From Clostridia bacterium (GTDB taxonomy: Bacteria > Bacillota > Clostridia > Christensenellales > QALW01): a stretch of DNA of 64,000 nt. The stretch spans positions 2,334 to 66,333 of the forward strand of contig JAFXDC010000026.1 in assembly GCA_017516345.1 (NCBI GenBank), given 5' to 3'. The notes below the pieces were generated by a model that saw only the letters and a program-made list of their open reading frames with translations, was not told the origin of the DNA and searched no databases. Positions 45,792 through 56,284 of this stretch are shown in pieces. The number at the start of each line of letters is the position of its first letter. Position 1 is the stretch's first letter. Position numbers and translations under genes: made by a program.

Positions 45792-46133
45792 ATGATTTGT
45801 AAAGCAGGAAAGGGTGCCCCGGAAAAGCGCGACAATATGCGCGGCGGCGAAGGCACCGTTAACATTGAACATTTTTTTGATATTTTGCCCTCAGGGTGTA
45901 GGCTTGCCTCTATACTTAACCTCAGCAAGGGCACGAGCATCGGTGAGCACGAGCATGTCCACGAAGCCGAGCTCTTTTACGTGCTCTCGGGCGCGGCACT
46001 CTATAACGATAACGGCGTTCCCACCATGCTCACTCAAGGGGATTGCGCCATAACAAGCAACGGCAGACATTCCATCGAGGGCATAAGCGACGAGCCCTGC
46101 AGGGTGCTCGCCGTCATCATTACGGAAAAATAA
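45792..46133 (+). CDS. Cupin domain protein
   Basis: 'GEHEHVHEAELFYVLSG' cupin motif. 113 aa. Confidence 0.75.
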   Translation: MICKAGKGAPEKRDNMRGGEGTVNIEHFFDILPSGCRLASILNLSKGTSIGEHEHVHEAELFYVLSGAALYNDNGVPTMLTQGDCAITSNGRHSIEGISDEPCRVLAVIITEK

Positions 46134-46202
46134 TTTTTTACATAATAAAACGGCACTCCTTAAATGCTGATTTGTTATACCGTCAGAAAGGATGATTTTA
46201 AT

Positions 46203-48002
46203 ATGCAACAAAAAGGTAATCTTTCGGTAAATACCGAAAATTTAATGCCCATAATAAAAAAATGGCTCTACAGCGACCGCGATATCTTCCTTCGCGAGCT
46301 GGTCTCCAACGCCTGCGATGCCATAAGCAAGCTTAATAAGATAGCCTCCCTCGGTCAGGCAGAGGCGGTGGAAAAGCCCGAGGTAAGGATCACTCCCGAC
46401 CCCAAGAGCAACACCCTCACCATCGAGGATAACGGTATCGGCATGACCGCCGAGGAAATAATGAAATATATCAACCAGGTGGCATTCTCAGGCGCCGCGG
46501 AGTTCATTGAAAAATATGAAAAAAGCGGCACCGACGGCATAATCGGTCACTTCGGTCTTGGCTTCTACAGCGCCTTTATGGTCTCGGACAGTGTGGAGAT
46601 AGACACCCTTTCCTATCTTGACGGCGCCACCCCCGTTCATTGGGAGAGCGACGGCACGGTAGAATTCTCCATGCAGGATGGCACAAGAGACACCCACGGC
46701 ACCACCATTACCTTGCACCTCAACGAGGAAAGCCTCGACTTTTTAACCGATGCCGAGCTTGGCAAAGTGCTCAACAAATATTGCTTCTTCCTTCCTTATC
46801 CCGTGCTTCTCGGCACCGTTAAGGAGGAAAATTGCGAGTACCGTCAGATAAACGATACCACCCCCCTGTGGAACAAGAGCCCGAGCCAATGCACCGACGA
46901 GGAGTACCGCGACTTCTACCGCAAGGTCTTCTTGGACTACAACGAGCCTCTGTTCTGGATACACCTTAACGTGGAATACCCCTTCCGCTTGAAGGGCATA
47001 CTGTATTTCCCCAAGCTTACTCAGAATATCGACACCATGCAGGGACAGATCAAGCTTTATAACAATCAGGTCTTCGTTGCCGATAACATCAAGGAGATCA
47101 TTCCCGAATTCCTTATGCTTTTAAAGGGAGTCATCGACTGCCTCGATATGCCCCTTAACGTCTCCCGCAGCTTCTTGCAGAACGACCGCACGGTCAAGAG
47201 CATATCAAACCATATCACCAAGAAGGTGGCAGATCGCATCTGCGCAATGTTTGCCGACGACCGCGACAAATACAACGAATACTGGAACGATATTGGCCTG
47301 TTCATAAAGTACGGCTGCATGAAGGACGATAAATTCTACGACCGCACCAAGGATTGCCTCATCTTCCGCACCATGCAGGATGAATACCTCACCCTGCCCG
47401 ATTACCTTGACTATGCCAAGCAAAAGCACGAAAACAAGGTATATTACGTCACGAACGAGATCCAACAGGCACAGTATATCCGTCTGTTTAACGATAACGA
47501 TATCAAATGCGTGCTGCTTGATGGGGTCATCGATCCCCCCTTCGTCAACTTCATGGAAACCAAAAATCAGGGCGTCCGCTTTATGCGCATAGACTCGGAT
47601 CTCGGCTCTCTCCTTGGCGAATCCATAGGCTACGACGGACTTTGCGGGGAGTTTACCGCAATGCTCGACGACAAGAATACCACGGTCAAGGCAGGAAGCC
47701 TTGCATCCAATATGCCCGCACTGCTGCTGCTTGACGAGGACAATCGCCGTATGCAGGATATGAGCCGTTACTACAGCGGCCTTAATATGCAGGAGATGTT
47801 CCCGGGCAAATATACCCTCACCTTAAATACCGACAGCGAGCTTGTTAAAAATCTTAACGCCATGGCACCCTGCGAGGACAAGACCCTCATCATGCGTCAG
47901 ATATACGATCTTGCATCCCTTGCAAACGTACCCCTTACCCCCGACCGTATGAGCGAGTTCTTACAGCGAAGCACCATTGTGCTTAATAAGCTGGCAAAAT
48001 AA
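46203..48002 (+). CDS. htpG: Molecular chaperone HtpG (Hsp90)
   Basis: 'LYSDRDIFLRELVSNACDA' and 'DNGIGM'. The ATG at 46203 follows GAAAGGA; the open frame extends to 46164. Confidence 0.92.
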   Translation: MQQKGNLSVNTENLMPIIKKWLYSDRDIFLRELVSNACDAISKLNKIASLGQAEAVEKPEVRITPDPKSNTLTIEDNGIGMTAEEIMKYINQVAFSGAAEFIEKYEKSGTDGIIGHFGLGFYSAFMVSDSVEIDTLSYLDGATPVHWESDGTVEFSMQDGTRDTHGTTITLHLNEESLDFLTDAELGKVLNKYCFFLPYPVLLGTVKEENCEYRQINDTTPLWNKSPSQCTDEEYRDFYRKVFLDYNEPLFWIHLNVEYPFRLKGILYFPKLTQNIDTMQGQIKLYNNQVFVADNIKEIIPEFLMLLKGVIDCLDMPLNVSRSFLQNDRTVKSISNHITKKVADRICAMFADDRDKYNEYWNDIGLFIKYGCMKDDKFYDRTKDCLIFRTMQDEYLTLPDYLDYAKQKHENKVYYVTNEIQQAQYIRLFNDNDIKCVLLDGVIDPPFVNFMETKNQGVRFMRIDSDLGSLLGESIGYDGLCGEFTAMLDDKNTTVKAGSLASNMPALLLLDEDNRRMQDMSRYYSGLNMQEMFPGKYTLTLNTDSELVKNLNAMAPCEDKTLIMRQIYDLASLANVPLTPDRMSEFLQRSTIVLNKLAK

Positions 48003-48039
48003 TTCATCAAGCAAAATACAATAAAAAGGAGCGTATAAT

Positions 48040-48597
48040 ATGTCAAACGAAGTAAAGGCAATAGCCGAAAGAATAAAGGAATTGCGCAATATCTGCGAAT
48101 ATACTCCCGAGGAGGCGGCAGCAGCGGCCCACGTAAGCCTCGAGCAGTACCTTGCCTTCGAGGAGGGCAACGAGGATATCCCCGTAAGCGTTTTGTACGC
48201 TCTTGCAGATTTCTATAACGTAGAGATGGTCACCCTTCTTACCGGCGGCGACGCCCGCCTTCGCACCTACACCTTGGTGCGCAAGGGAGAAGGGGTCAAG
48301 GTACAGCGCCACGGCGAATACGACTACACCTCCCTTGCCTATAAGTTTATGAACAAGAAGATGGAGCCTCTGTACGTTACCGCCCCCATCGAAAAGGAAA
48401 ACGACGTTATTCATACCTCCAGCCACGCAGGTCAGGAGTTTGAATACGTGCTCGAGGGCACCCTCAAGCTTCTCATGGGTGGTAAGGAGCTCATCCTTAA
48501 CCCGGGAGACTGCATCTATTTCGACTCCACCATACCACACGGTATGCGCTCGGTAGGCGACACTCAAGCAAAAATGCTGGTTATAATTCTTAACTGA
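48040..48597 (+). CDS. XRE-family HTH plus cupin transcriptional regulator
   Basis: N-terminal HTH (AERIKELRNICEYTPEEAA) and C-terminal cupin (GQEFEYVLEGTL...HGM). Confidence 0.8.
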   Translation: MSNEVKAIAERIKELRNICEYTPEEAAAAAHVSLEQYLAFEEGNEDIPVSVLYALADFYNVEMVTLLTGGDARLRTYTLVRKGEGVKVQRHGEYDYTSLAYKFMNKKMEPLYVTAPIEKENDVIHTSSHAGQEFEYVLEGTLKLLMGGKELILNPGDCIYFDSTIPHGMRSVGDTQAKMLVIILN

Positions 48598-48619
48598 GGC
48601 ATTTAGAAAGGTTTTTTCT

Positions 48620-50281
48620 ATGAATTTAGCAAGCAAGTATCTTGATACCACCTGCCGCAGCTACGAGGAGATGCAGCAGCGACTCAAGCTCAACATCCCC
48701 GAAAGCTTTAACTTCGGCTTTGATATAGTGGATGAATATGCCCGCCTCTGCCCCGAAAAAAGGGCGTTGGTGTGGTGCAACGATAAGGGCCAGGAGAAGT
48801 CCTTCACCTTCGGTGAGATCTCCACTCTTTCCAATAAGCTGGCAAGCTCTCTTGCCGCTATGGGCATCAAAAAGGGCGACTTCGTAATGCTCATCATGAA
48901 GCGCCGCGCCGAATATTGGATAACCTATCCCGCACTTCATAAGCTGGGCGCGGTTGCCATTCCCGCAACCCATATGCTCACAAAAAAGGACGTCATCTAC
49001 CGCAACAACGCCGCAGGGGTAAAGATGATAATCGCCGCAGAGGATGAAAATATCCTCTCCCACGTTGACGATGCGTTAGAGGACTCCCCCACCCTTGAGC
49101 ACAGGGTGCTTCTGGGCGAGCCTCGCGAGGGCTGGATAAGCTTTGATTCTCTGCTTGAGGCAGGAAGCGAGGAATTCACCCCCGCAGAGCGCGCAGGCGG
49201 AAGCGATCCCATGCTCATGTTCTTTACCTCGGGCACTACAGGCATGCCCAAAATGGTGCTCCACGACTTTAATTATCCCCTTGGCCATATCCTCACCGCG
49301 GTGTATTGGCATAAGGTGGTGGATGACGGACTGCACATCTCGGTTGCAGATACGGGCTGGGCAAAGTGCGGCTGGGGCAAATGCTACGGTCAATGGATAG
49401 CGGGCAGCGCCCAATTCGTATACGATTACGACGGAAAATTCAATCCTCTGGAGCTCATCACGGCGGTAAGCAAGCATAAGGTAAACACCTTCTGCGCTCC
49501 CCCCACCATCTACAGAGGTCTGATAAAGCAGGACCTTTCCCATATAGATTTCTCCTGCTTCACCCACTTCACTACGGCGGGCGAGCCCCTTAACCCCGAG
49601 GTATTCCGACGCTGGAGGGAGATAAGCGGCCACCGCATCTTCGAGGCATTCGGTCAAAGCGAGGGCACTCCCATCCTTGGTACATACTTCTTTATGGATC
49701 CGAGAGAGGGCAGTACCGGTAAGCCCAACCCCCTTCTTAATGTAGATCTTGTGGACGAGGACCGCATGACCGTTGGCACGGGTGAGGAGGGACAGATAGT
49801 CCTGCACGTGGAAAACGGACGCCCCGCAGGTCTCTTCTGCGGATACTATAAGGACGTGGATAAGACCGCAGAGGTATGGCAGTACGGCCTTTACTACACG
49901 GGCGACGTCGCCTGGAAGGACGAGGACGGCTACTTCTTCTTCATAGGCAGAAGCGACGACGTTATAAAAAGCTCAGGCTACCGCATTGGCCCCTTCGAGG
50001 TGGAAAGTGCCCTCATGGAGCACCCCGCAGTGCTTGAGTGCGCAGTCACGGGTGTTCCCGATGTGGACGGTGACCGCGGTCAGCTTGTAAAGGCAACCAT
50101 CGCACTTACAAACGGCTACGAGGCAAGCGACGCACTTAAAAAGGAGCTGCAAAACCACGTTAAGCGTGTTACAGCCCCCTATAAATACCCCAGAATAATT
50201 GAATTTGTTGATGAGATCGAAAAGACCATCAGCGGAAAAATGAAGCATAAAGCGATCAGAGAAAGGGACGAGCGCAAGTGA
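48620..50281 (+). CDS. AMP-forming acyl-CoA synthetase (medium-chain-like)
   Basis: 'FFTSGTTGMPK', 'YYTGD' and the C-terminal 'SGK..' lysine motif. Confidence 0.88.
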   Translation: MNLASKYLDTTCRSYEEMQQRLKLNIPESFNFGFDIVDEYARLCPEKRALVWCNDKGQEKSFTFGEISTLSNKLASSLAAMGIKKGDFVMLIMKRRAEYWITYPALHKLGAVAIPATHMLTKKDVIYRNNAAGVKMIIAAEDENILSHVDDALEDSPTLEHRVLLGEPREGWISFDSLLEAGSEEFTPAERAGGSDPMLMFFTSGTTGMPKMVLHDFNYPLGHILTAVYWHKVVDDGLHISVADTGWAKCGWGKCYGQWIAGSAQFVYDYDGKFNPLELITAVSKHKVNTFCAPPTIYRGLIKQDLSHIDFSCFTHFTTAGEPLNPEVFRRWREISGHRIFEAFGQSEGTPILGTYFFMDPREGSTGKPNPLLNVDLVDEDRMTVGTGEEGQIVLHVENGRPAGLFCGYYKDVDKTAEVWQYGLYYTGDVAWKDEDGYFFFIGRSDDVIKSSGYRIGPFEVESALMEHPAVLECAVTGVPDVDGDRGQLVKATIALTNGYEASDALKKELQNHVKRVTAPYKYPRIIEFVDEIEKTISGKMKHKAIRERDERK

Positions 50282-51480
50282 TGGAATTACTTTCGCCCGC
50301 AGGTGGCAGGGAGAGACTTGAATACGCCATAGCCTACGGCGCCGATGCTGTGTACATGGCAGGCTCAGGGTACTCCCTGCGCGCATTTGCAGATAATTTT
50401 ACCGACTCCGAGCTTTCGGATGCAATTAAATACGCTCACATCTTTGGCAAAAAGGTGTATATCACCACCAATATCTACGCTCATAATTCGGATATCGACT
50501 CCATGGCGGATTATATCCGCCGCCTCACCGAGCTGGGTGCAGACGCACTGCTTGTGGCGGATATGGGTGTACTCGCCCTCGCCAAGAAGACCGTTCCCCA
50601 TATGCCGATACATATATCCACACAAGCCAACATCACAAACCATATGGCGGCTCAGATGATGTACGACCTGGGCGCCTCAAGGGTGGTGCTCGCACGCGAG
50701 CTCTCCATCGATGAGATCGCCGATATCCACGCCCGCGTCCCCAAGCTTGAGCTTGAGGCATTCGTGCACGGCGCGGCATGCATCTCCTATTCGGGCAGAT
50801 GTCTGCTCTCCAATTACCTCACCGACAGAGGAGCAAATCAGGGCAAATGCGTCCAGGCTTGCCGTTGGAAATACGAGATACGCGAGGTAAGCCGAGAGGA
50901 ATGGCTCCCCATTGCAGAGGACGAGCGCGGCACCTATATCCTAAACAGTAAGGACCTTTGCATGATAGAGCATCTTGATAAGCTCTCCGCCGCAGGAGTC
51001 TCCTCCTTTAAGATCGAGGGCAGAATGAAGACCGCCTACTACGCCGCTACGGTCACTAACGCCTACAGACGTGCAATTGACGATATGCTCGCGGGCAAGC
51101 CCTATGATCCTGCGCTGTATGATGAGCTTGGCAAGGCGGCAAACCGCGAATTTACCACCGGCTTTTACTTTGGCAAGCCCGAAAACGCTCAGCGCTACCA
51201 TAGCAGTAAGTGTACCCAGAGCTACGATTTCGTTGCAGTAGTGCAAAAAAGCGAAAACGGCGTTCTGACAGTAGAGCAGCGTAATAAATTCAGCGTAGGC
51301 GACACCCTCGAGGTACTCTCACCCGATAAAAGCCGCCACGGCAAGACCTTCACGGTGCAAAGCATCACCAACCGCTACGGCCAAGACGTGCCAAGCGCCC
51401 CCAACCCGCAGGAGATAGTCACTCTTCCCTGCGACCTCGACCTTCGCTTCCGCGATATTTTAAGACGCAGATCAATCTAA
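50281..51480 (+). CDS. U32-family peptidase-like protein
   Basis: 'ELLSPAGG...AI.YGADAVY' N-terminus and the conserved 'E.FVHGA.C.SYSGRC' motif. TGATG overlap with the upstream gene. Confidence 0.85.
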   Translation: MELLSPAGGRERLEYAIAYGADAVYMAGSGYSLRAFADNFTDSELSDAIKYAHIFGKKVYITTNIYAHNSDIDSMADYIRRLTELGADALLVADMGVLALAKKTVPHMPIHISTQANITNHMAAQMMYDLGASRVVLARELSIDEIADIHARVPKLELEAFVHGAACISYSGRCLLSNYLTDRGANQGKCVQACRWKYEIREVSREEWLPIAEDERGTYILNSKDLCMIEHLDKLSAAGVSSFKIEGRMKTAYYAATVTNAYRRAIDDMLAGKPYDPALYDELGKAANREFTTGFYFGKPENAQRYHSSKCTQSYDFVAVVQKSENGVLTVEQRNKFSVGDTLEVLSPDKSRHGKTFTVQSITNRYGQDVPSAPNPQEIVTLPCDLDLRFRDILRRRSI

Positions 51481-51533
51481 AAAGATCCTTCCGACACTTT
51501 GGTTGATAGGTTTTTAGTATTATCTCGATCCTT

Positions 51534-51560
51534 AAGGCCTATCACGATAGGCCTTTTTTC
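51534..51560. terminator. Bidirectional terminator between convergent genes
   Basis: AAGGCCTATC-ac-GATAGGCCTTtttt. Confidence 0.8.
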
Positions 51561-51580
51561 ACAAAGCAATTGTCACAATA

Positions 51581-52696
51581 TCATTCGGAGGACTTGAATA
51601 CACCGATATCCTCCTCTCTGACGGCGCTTATTCCCACAATAGCGCCGTTTTCTGTTTCTTGGCAGTAAAAGGACAGCTCGGCATCGGGGGCGGTCTGCTT
51701 CATCTCATTTTCAAGCTCTTCTCTGCACTCCTCAAGACCCTGCTCGGCAGTCACGCTATATGTTATTACCTGTTGACGTATATACCTTCGCTCCACACGG
51801 TATATAGGCACCCCTATGCGCGAAACGGGCTCTATCCTCTCCTCGATACGGAAATCCTCAAACTCAGGCATTTCCATGCCAAACTCCCCATCAAATATCC
51901 TTATGCCGCTTGTTATAAATACCTCACCCGTGTCGGTGCGCTTTTCCCTCGTCAGGCTTATCTCCCTCTCAAGACTGTACCACACCCTCGCCATGCATTT
52001 TCCCATTGCGGCAACCCTCTCGGGCTCTGCCCCCGCGTAAGCAAGCTCCCCCTTGATGAGCACCTCCCCCGGGAGCACAAGCTTGCCCTTTTCCGCCACC
52101 GCCTCACCCTGAAGCACGGTCACCTCGCTTATTACCCCCACCTTGCTCGCCACTATGTCCCCCGGGGTCTTGTAGTCCTCGCTTGGCAAAAGCGGCTTTT
52201 CCTTTACCGTCACGGTCAATCTTACACCTTTTTGAGTAATGGATACCCATTGTAATCTCTCATCCTCAAGCATATCCTGCTCCAGCTTCTCCATTGTGAT
52301 GCCATCCACCCGCTTGTACAGAAGAGATGGCGCATCCATCAGACTCAGGATCTCCTCCCCCGTTACACCGCTGTTTCCCAAAACGTCGATAAACATCACT
52401 CTGCCCTGAAGCAGGATAAGAGCCGCCGCCACGGCAACCACCCCAAGCGCAAGACCTATCCTCCTTCGCGCCGAATACGCAATGACGGTAAGTCCTCCCT
52501 TCAGGTCGGTTCTGTATTTTATCCCCGCTCGCCTTAGCCTTGGAAGCTCGTGGGGAAATATGTCAAAGCTGCAGCTTGTGGCAGAGTCCCTTTTCAAATT
52601 CCCAAGAACCACGCCAAGGGAGAGTATTTTCCTTATCTGCCGCTCAATATCAAGCCCGACTATGCGCAGGCGCAGATATCCCATCCACCTTCTCAT
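51581..52696 (-). CDS. yqfD: Sporulation protein YqfD
   Basis: N-terminal 'GYLRLRIVG', one TM segment, size, and an ATGA overlap with the yqfC-like gene. Confidence 0.75.
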   Translation of the reverse strand: MRRWMGYLRLRIVGLDIERQIRKILSLGVVLGNLKRDSATSCSFDIFPHELPRLRRAGIKYRTDLKGGLTVIAYSARRRIGLALGVVAVAAALILLQGRVMFIDVLGNSGVTGEEILSLMDAPSLLYKRVDGITMEKLEQDMLEDERLQWVSITQKGVRLTVTVKEKPLLPSEDYKTPGDIVASKVGVISEVTVLQGEAVAEKGKLVLPGEVLIKGELAYAGAEPERVAAMGKCMARVWYSLEREISLTREKRTDTGEVFITSGIRIFDGEFGMEMPEFEDFRIEERIEPVSRIGVPIYRVERRYIRQQVITYSVTAEQGLEECREELENEMKQTAPDAELSFYCQETENGAIVGISAVREEDIGVFKSSE

Positions 52697-52986
52697 CCTT
52701 CTCCCCCTCTCTTGTCATAGCTGATCCCAAATATCCGACCCCTCAGCACCACCATTCCCTCGCTCAGCTCCCGCGCCACCAAGCCCTTGCCGCTTAACGT
52801 AACGGTAAAATCCTCACACACAAGCTTTACAAGCTCATCGGTAAGCACGGGAATATATTTGAAGTTCTCTACCGTGCAATAGCGATCGCTCACAATGTGT
52901 ACCCCAACGCTTCCCGCCACCGCCTCGGGCGGAAGATCTATAAAATGTGCCACCGCCTCCAGGCGGCGTCTTATACCTTTTGCCAT
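52693..52986 (-). CDS. yqfC: YabP/YqfC-family sporulation protein
   Basis: 97 aa. Pattern '..VENFK.I....D..V.......V.G..L......' and position upstream of yqfD. Confidence 0.7.
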   Translation of the reverse strand: MAKGIRRRLEAVAHFIDLPPEAVAGSVGVHIVSDRYCTVENFKYIPVLTDELVKLVCEDFTVTLSGKGLVARELSEGMVVLRGRIFGISYDKRGGEG

Positions 52987-53097
52987 TTTTACCCCCGATC
53001 ACCTTGTTCTTATGATAAATATTCAAAATAAAGGTATTTATCTTTGGATAAAAATATGCTATAATATTAAAAAATAATAAAAAAAGGAGTCCCAGCC

Positions 53098-54282
53098 TTG
53101 CCGCGCTACGAACAGCCCTCCAAAGAGATAATAGACCTTATTTCCCAAAACAAGCCCTCTGCTTATGCTTTTGATAATGCCCTTGCCACCCGCAGAAGCA
53201 ATAACCCCCACGATGCACATACCCCCTGGCGCCCCGCCTTCGTGCGGGATATCGACAAGATCATGCATTGCCCCTACTACAACCGCTATGCCGATAAGAC
53301 CCAGGTCTTTTCCTTTTATAAAAATGACGATATCACCCGCCGCTTCCTCCACGTTCAGCTCGTCAGCAGGATCGCCCGCACCATCGGAAGCGCATTGGGG
53401 CTTAATACCGACCTTATAGAAGCCATCGCTCTTGGCCACGATATCGGTCATACCCCCTTCGGTCATGCAGGCGAAACCTTCCTCGACAATATTCTGCATA
53501 ACTGCACAGGTATGCACTTTTCCCATAATATCCACTCAGTCAGGGTACTTGATACCATCTTCCCCTATAATATCACCCTACAGACCCTAAGCGGCATAGC
53601 CTCTCACGACGGGGAGCTTGAGCAGGATAATTACTCCCCCAAGCCCATAAGCTTTGAGGAATTTGATGCCCTTATCGCCGCCTGCTATCGCGATAAAGCA
53701 CAGGTCAAAAAGCTCGTCCCCTCCACGCTTGAGGGATGCGTCATGCGCATAAGCGACATCATTGCCTACCTTGGTAAGGACCGCCAGGACGCAAGCCGAG
53801 CAGGACTCGTGGCGCACGATGCCTACTCAGAAACCGATACCGGTGTCATAAACGCCGAAATAATAAATAACCTCATGGTCAACGTCATCCAAAACAGCTA
53901 CGGCAAAAACTGCATCACCATGGACGCCTCGCATTTTGCGGATCTTAAAAAGATCAAAGGCGAAAACTACTCCTTCATCTATAAGGACCCTCGCGTGGAG
54001 CAGACCCTGCAAAGCGTCATCCGTCCCATGATGGAGCAGACCTTCAAAAAGCTGCTTGACCATCTTGTAAGCCACAACCAAGCCTCCCCCATATTCACCC
54101 ACCATATCTCCCTTGTGGAGGGTGCGCACTATAAACGTACAAGTCCCTATCGCGATCAGCCCCCCGAGCTCATCGTGGCAGATTATATCGCCAGCATGAC
54201 CGACGACTACTTCATCGACCTCCACGCCCACCTCTTCCCAAGCAGTCCCTATAAGGTCACCTACGTAGGCTACTTCGATTAA
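53098..54282 (+). CDS. HD-domain dGTP triphosphohydrolase-like protein
   Basis: 'RDIDKIMHCPYYNRYADKTQV' and 'HDIGHTPFGHAGE'. TTG start 8 nt after AAGGAG. Confidence 0.8.
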   Translation: MPRYEQPSKEIIDLISQNKPSAYAFDNALATRRSNNPHDAHTPWRPAFVRDIDKIMHCPYYNRYADKTQVFSFYKNDDITRRFLHVQLVSRIARTIGSALGLNTDLIEAIALGHDIGHTPFGHAGETFLDNILHNCTGMHFSHNIHSVRVLDTIFPYNITLQTLSGIASHDGELEQDNYSPKPISFEEFDALIAACYRDKAQVKKLVPSTLEGCVMRISDIIAYLGKDRQDASRAGLVAHDAYSETDTGVINAEIINNLMVNVIQNSYGKNCITMDASHFADLKKIKGENYSFIYKDPRVEQTLQSVIRPMMEQTFKKLLDHLVSHNQASPIFTHHISLVEGAHYKRTSPYRDQPPELIVADYIASMTDDYFIDLHAHLFPSSPYKVTYVGYFD

Positions 54283-54304
54283 CAGCAATCGAAAAAATCG
54301 CATG

Positions 54305-54332
54305 AAAAAAGCGCCCTCTCGGGCGCTTTTTA
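54305..54332. terminator. Bidirectional terminator
   Basis: aaaaaAGCGCCC-tctc-GGGCGCTtttt. Confidence 0.8.
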
Positions 54333-55058
54333 ATCATCACATTCCTGCTCGTCTTCATCATCATCTTCATCTTCACGATCGCTTCTTTTAAACAGCCTTG
54401 CAACGGAATAAAACACGGGCACGGTCAGCAATAATATCCAACTCCATCCCCACGCTCCCTGCACGGTGCATCCAAGAAGCAAGAACACCGCAGTTATAAA
54501 CACAGGGTAACAAAAGTGCCTTATGCTTTTTCTTATAATGCAGGTAATGACCGAATCTATCACAGGTATCATTAAAAACACTATCCAACCCGGATGCCAC
54601 AGCTCTGCGGCAAAGCCCAACGCAAGATATATTATCGTTATAATAATGGGTACGGGAATACGTCTTAAATAGCTCTCGGGCTTGCCGATCACCTCGGTGG
54701 TCTCTCCGTCCTTATTTACGGTTATGTGTCCGTCCGCCACGTCCACCCTGGTCTCCTTGTCTCCCTTGTAGCACTTGATGCATCCGTTGCTTATGTACAC
54801 CCTTGTGTGAGCCTCGCTCTCATCACGCTGCTCGCCCCCTTGCTGCTCCTCCTTTATGCATACTCCGAGCAGCTCGTCAAGGGAAATACCGTATAGCCGC
54901 GCAAGCGCGATCAGATTATCGGTATCGGGGGATGCCTCACCGCGCTCCCATTTTGATACCGCCTGTCGCGAAACGTAAAGTCTTTCCGCAAGTGCCTCCT
55001 GGGACAGCCCGTGCTGCTTTCTTAATTCAACAAGCCTCTGTGCCGTTTCCTTGTTCAT
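54330..55058 (-). CDS. XRE-family HTH protein with C-terminal TM segments and an acidic tail
   Basis: 'LRKQHGLSQEALAERLYVSRQAVSKWERGE', four hydrophobic segments and a DEDDDEDE tail. The ATG at 55058 follows GGAGGA. Confidence 0.8.
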   Translation of the reverse strand: MNKETAQRLVELRKQHGLSQEALAERLYVSRQAVSKWERGEASPDTDNLIALARLYGISLDELLGVCIKEEQQGGEQRDESEAHTRVYISNGCIKCYKGDKETRVDVADGHITVNKDGETTEVIGKPESYLRRIPVPIIITIIYLALGFAAELWHPGWIVFLMIPVIDSVITCIIRKSIRHFCYPVFITAVFLLLGCTVQGAWGWSWILLLTVPVFYSVARLFKRSDREDEDDDEDEQECDD

Positions 55059-55165
55059 AGCAGATCCTCCAATCAAAAAAGCTTACGGTAATATTATATC
55101 CGCAACCGCGCATTCCTTCCACCCATTTCACCTTACATTGCCCGCAACTAACGGTTGCGATGACA

Positions 55166-56284
55166 TCATCTGCTTAATATAAAGTCGCACAGGTCGCGTG
55201 CGGAGTTTGGGTTGATATTCTCTCTCTGCGCCCTCACCATGGCTCTGCGTGCATCGTCGTTATTTAAAAGATAATGTATCGCGGCAAGCTGCTCCTCAGT
55301 GCTTGGGCAGTTGAGCGCCATACCGCGCGAGGTAAAGAACTGTGCGTTTCTGGTCTCGCACCCGGGGATGGGCTTGGTAAATATCGCGGGGACTCCCTTT
55401 GCCGCAAACTCGGTGGTGGTAAGTCCTCCCGGCTTGGTAAGAATAACATCGGCCGCATCCATGAAAAGGCTTACCTTGCTTGTAAAATCCACCACCTTAA
55501 CGGCGGGATATTTGGCAAACCTCTCTCTTACCGACCTCTTTAGCTTCTCGTTGTTGCCTCCCAGCATCACAATGCTGATATTTTCCCCATACCGCGCAAT
55601 AAGCCCCTCCATAAGCTCACCTGCATCGCCAAAGCCCATAGAGCCCGACATTATTAAAACGCAATTCTTATCCTTCGCGATCCCAAGCTGCCTTCTTGCC
55701 TCGCATTTTTCGGTCTTGACGGTAAAGCTCGGGTTTACGGGTATTCCGATGGATAAAAGCTTGCTCTCGGGAATGCCTTCCTTTATGTATTGTCCTTTTA
55801 TATCTGCATGGGGCAGCACAAAGTAATCCGGCGAGACCTCCTGCGAAAATGGCACGTAGTCGTAGTCGGTTCCTATGGATATGGACAGTACCTTGGTATC
55901 GCTGTGCTTTTCCAGACTGGTAAGAGCCTGAGAGGGAAAAATATGCGGCATGACCACCACGTTGTAGCCGTTTTCCTCTATTATCTTACGAAGTGGTATC
56001 GCCTGAAGAGAATTTACAAAATACGCCGCGGATTTCACACGCTTGAACTTTATTGCCCCCGCCGCATTGTACATTACCCCGAACAGCCTGGGAACGCGCT
56101 TTATTATACCAAGATAGGAGTTGCTTACCCCCTTGCTGATGACCGGACTGGTTATAGCATAAAAATCCATCATCTCGCATTCCACGTTGCGGCTTACAAG
56201 CTCACTGCACACCGCCTTGCCCGCGGCATTGTGGCCTCCTCCGGTGTTACAGGACAGTATCAGTACCTTCTTTTTATTTTCCAT
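55166..56284 (-). CDS. Diacylglycerol glycosyltransferase (MGDG-synthase/UgtP-like, GT28)
   Basis: 'KVLILSCNTGGGHNAAGKAV' N-terminus and a C-terminal GT-B fold pattern. Confidence 0.8.
   Translation of the reverse strand: MENKKKVLILSCNTGGGHNAAGKAVCSELVSRNVECEMMDFYAITSPVISKGVSNSYLGIIKRVPRLFGVMYNAAGAIKFKRVKSAAYFVNSLQAIPLRKIIEENGYNVVVMPHIFPSQALTSLEKHSDTKVLSISIGTDYDYVPFSQEVSPDYFVLPHADIKGQYIKEGIPESKLLSIGIPVNPSFTVKTEKCEARRQLGIAKDKNCVLIMSGSMGFGDAGELMEGLIARYGENISIVMLGGNNEKLKRSVRERFAKYPAVKVVDFTSKVSLFMDAADVILTKPGGLTTTEFAAKGVPAIFTKPIPGCETRNAQFFTSRGMALNCPSTEEQLAAIHYLLNNDDARRAMVRAQRENINPNSARDLCDFILSR

Noticed and set aside
46134-46202. CIRCE (HrcA) operator upstream of htpG
   Set aside because: Only a partial left half-site-like GGCACTC is present. 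There is no inverted GAGTGCTAA partner.
53098-54282. dGTPase-like HD protein as a dNTP-depletion anti-phage defence gene
   Set aside because: It is a single gene in a conserved housekeeping or sporulation neighbourhood, next to yqfC/yqfD, with no accessory context. It is most simply the housekeeping paralogue, though sequence alone cannot exclude a defence role.
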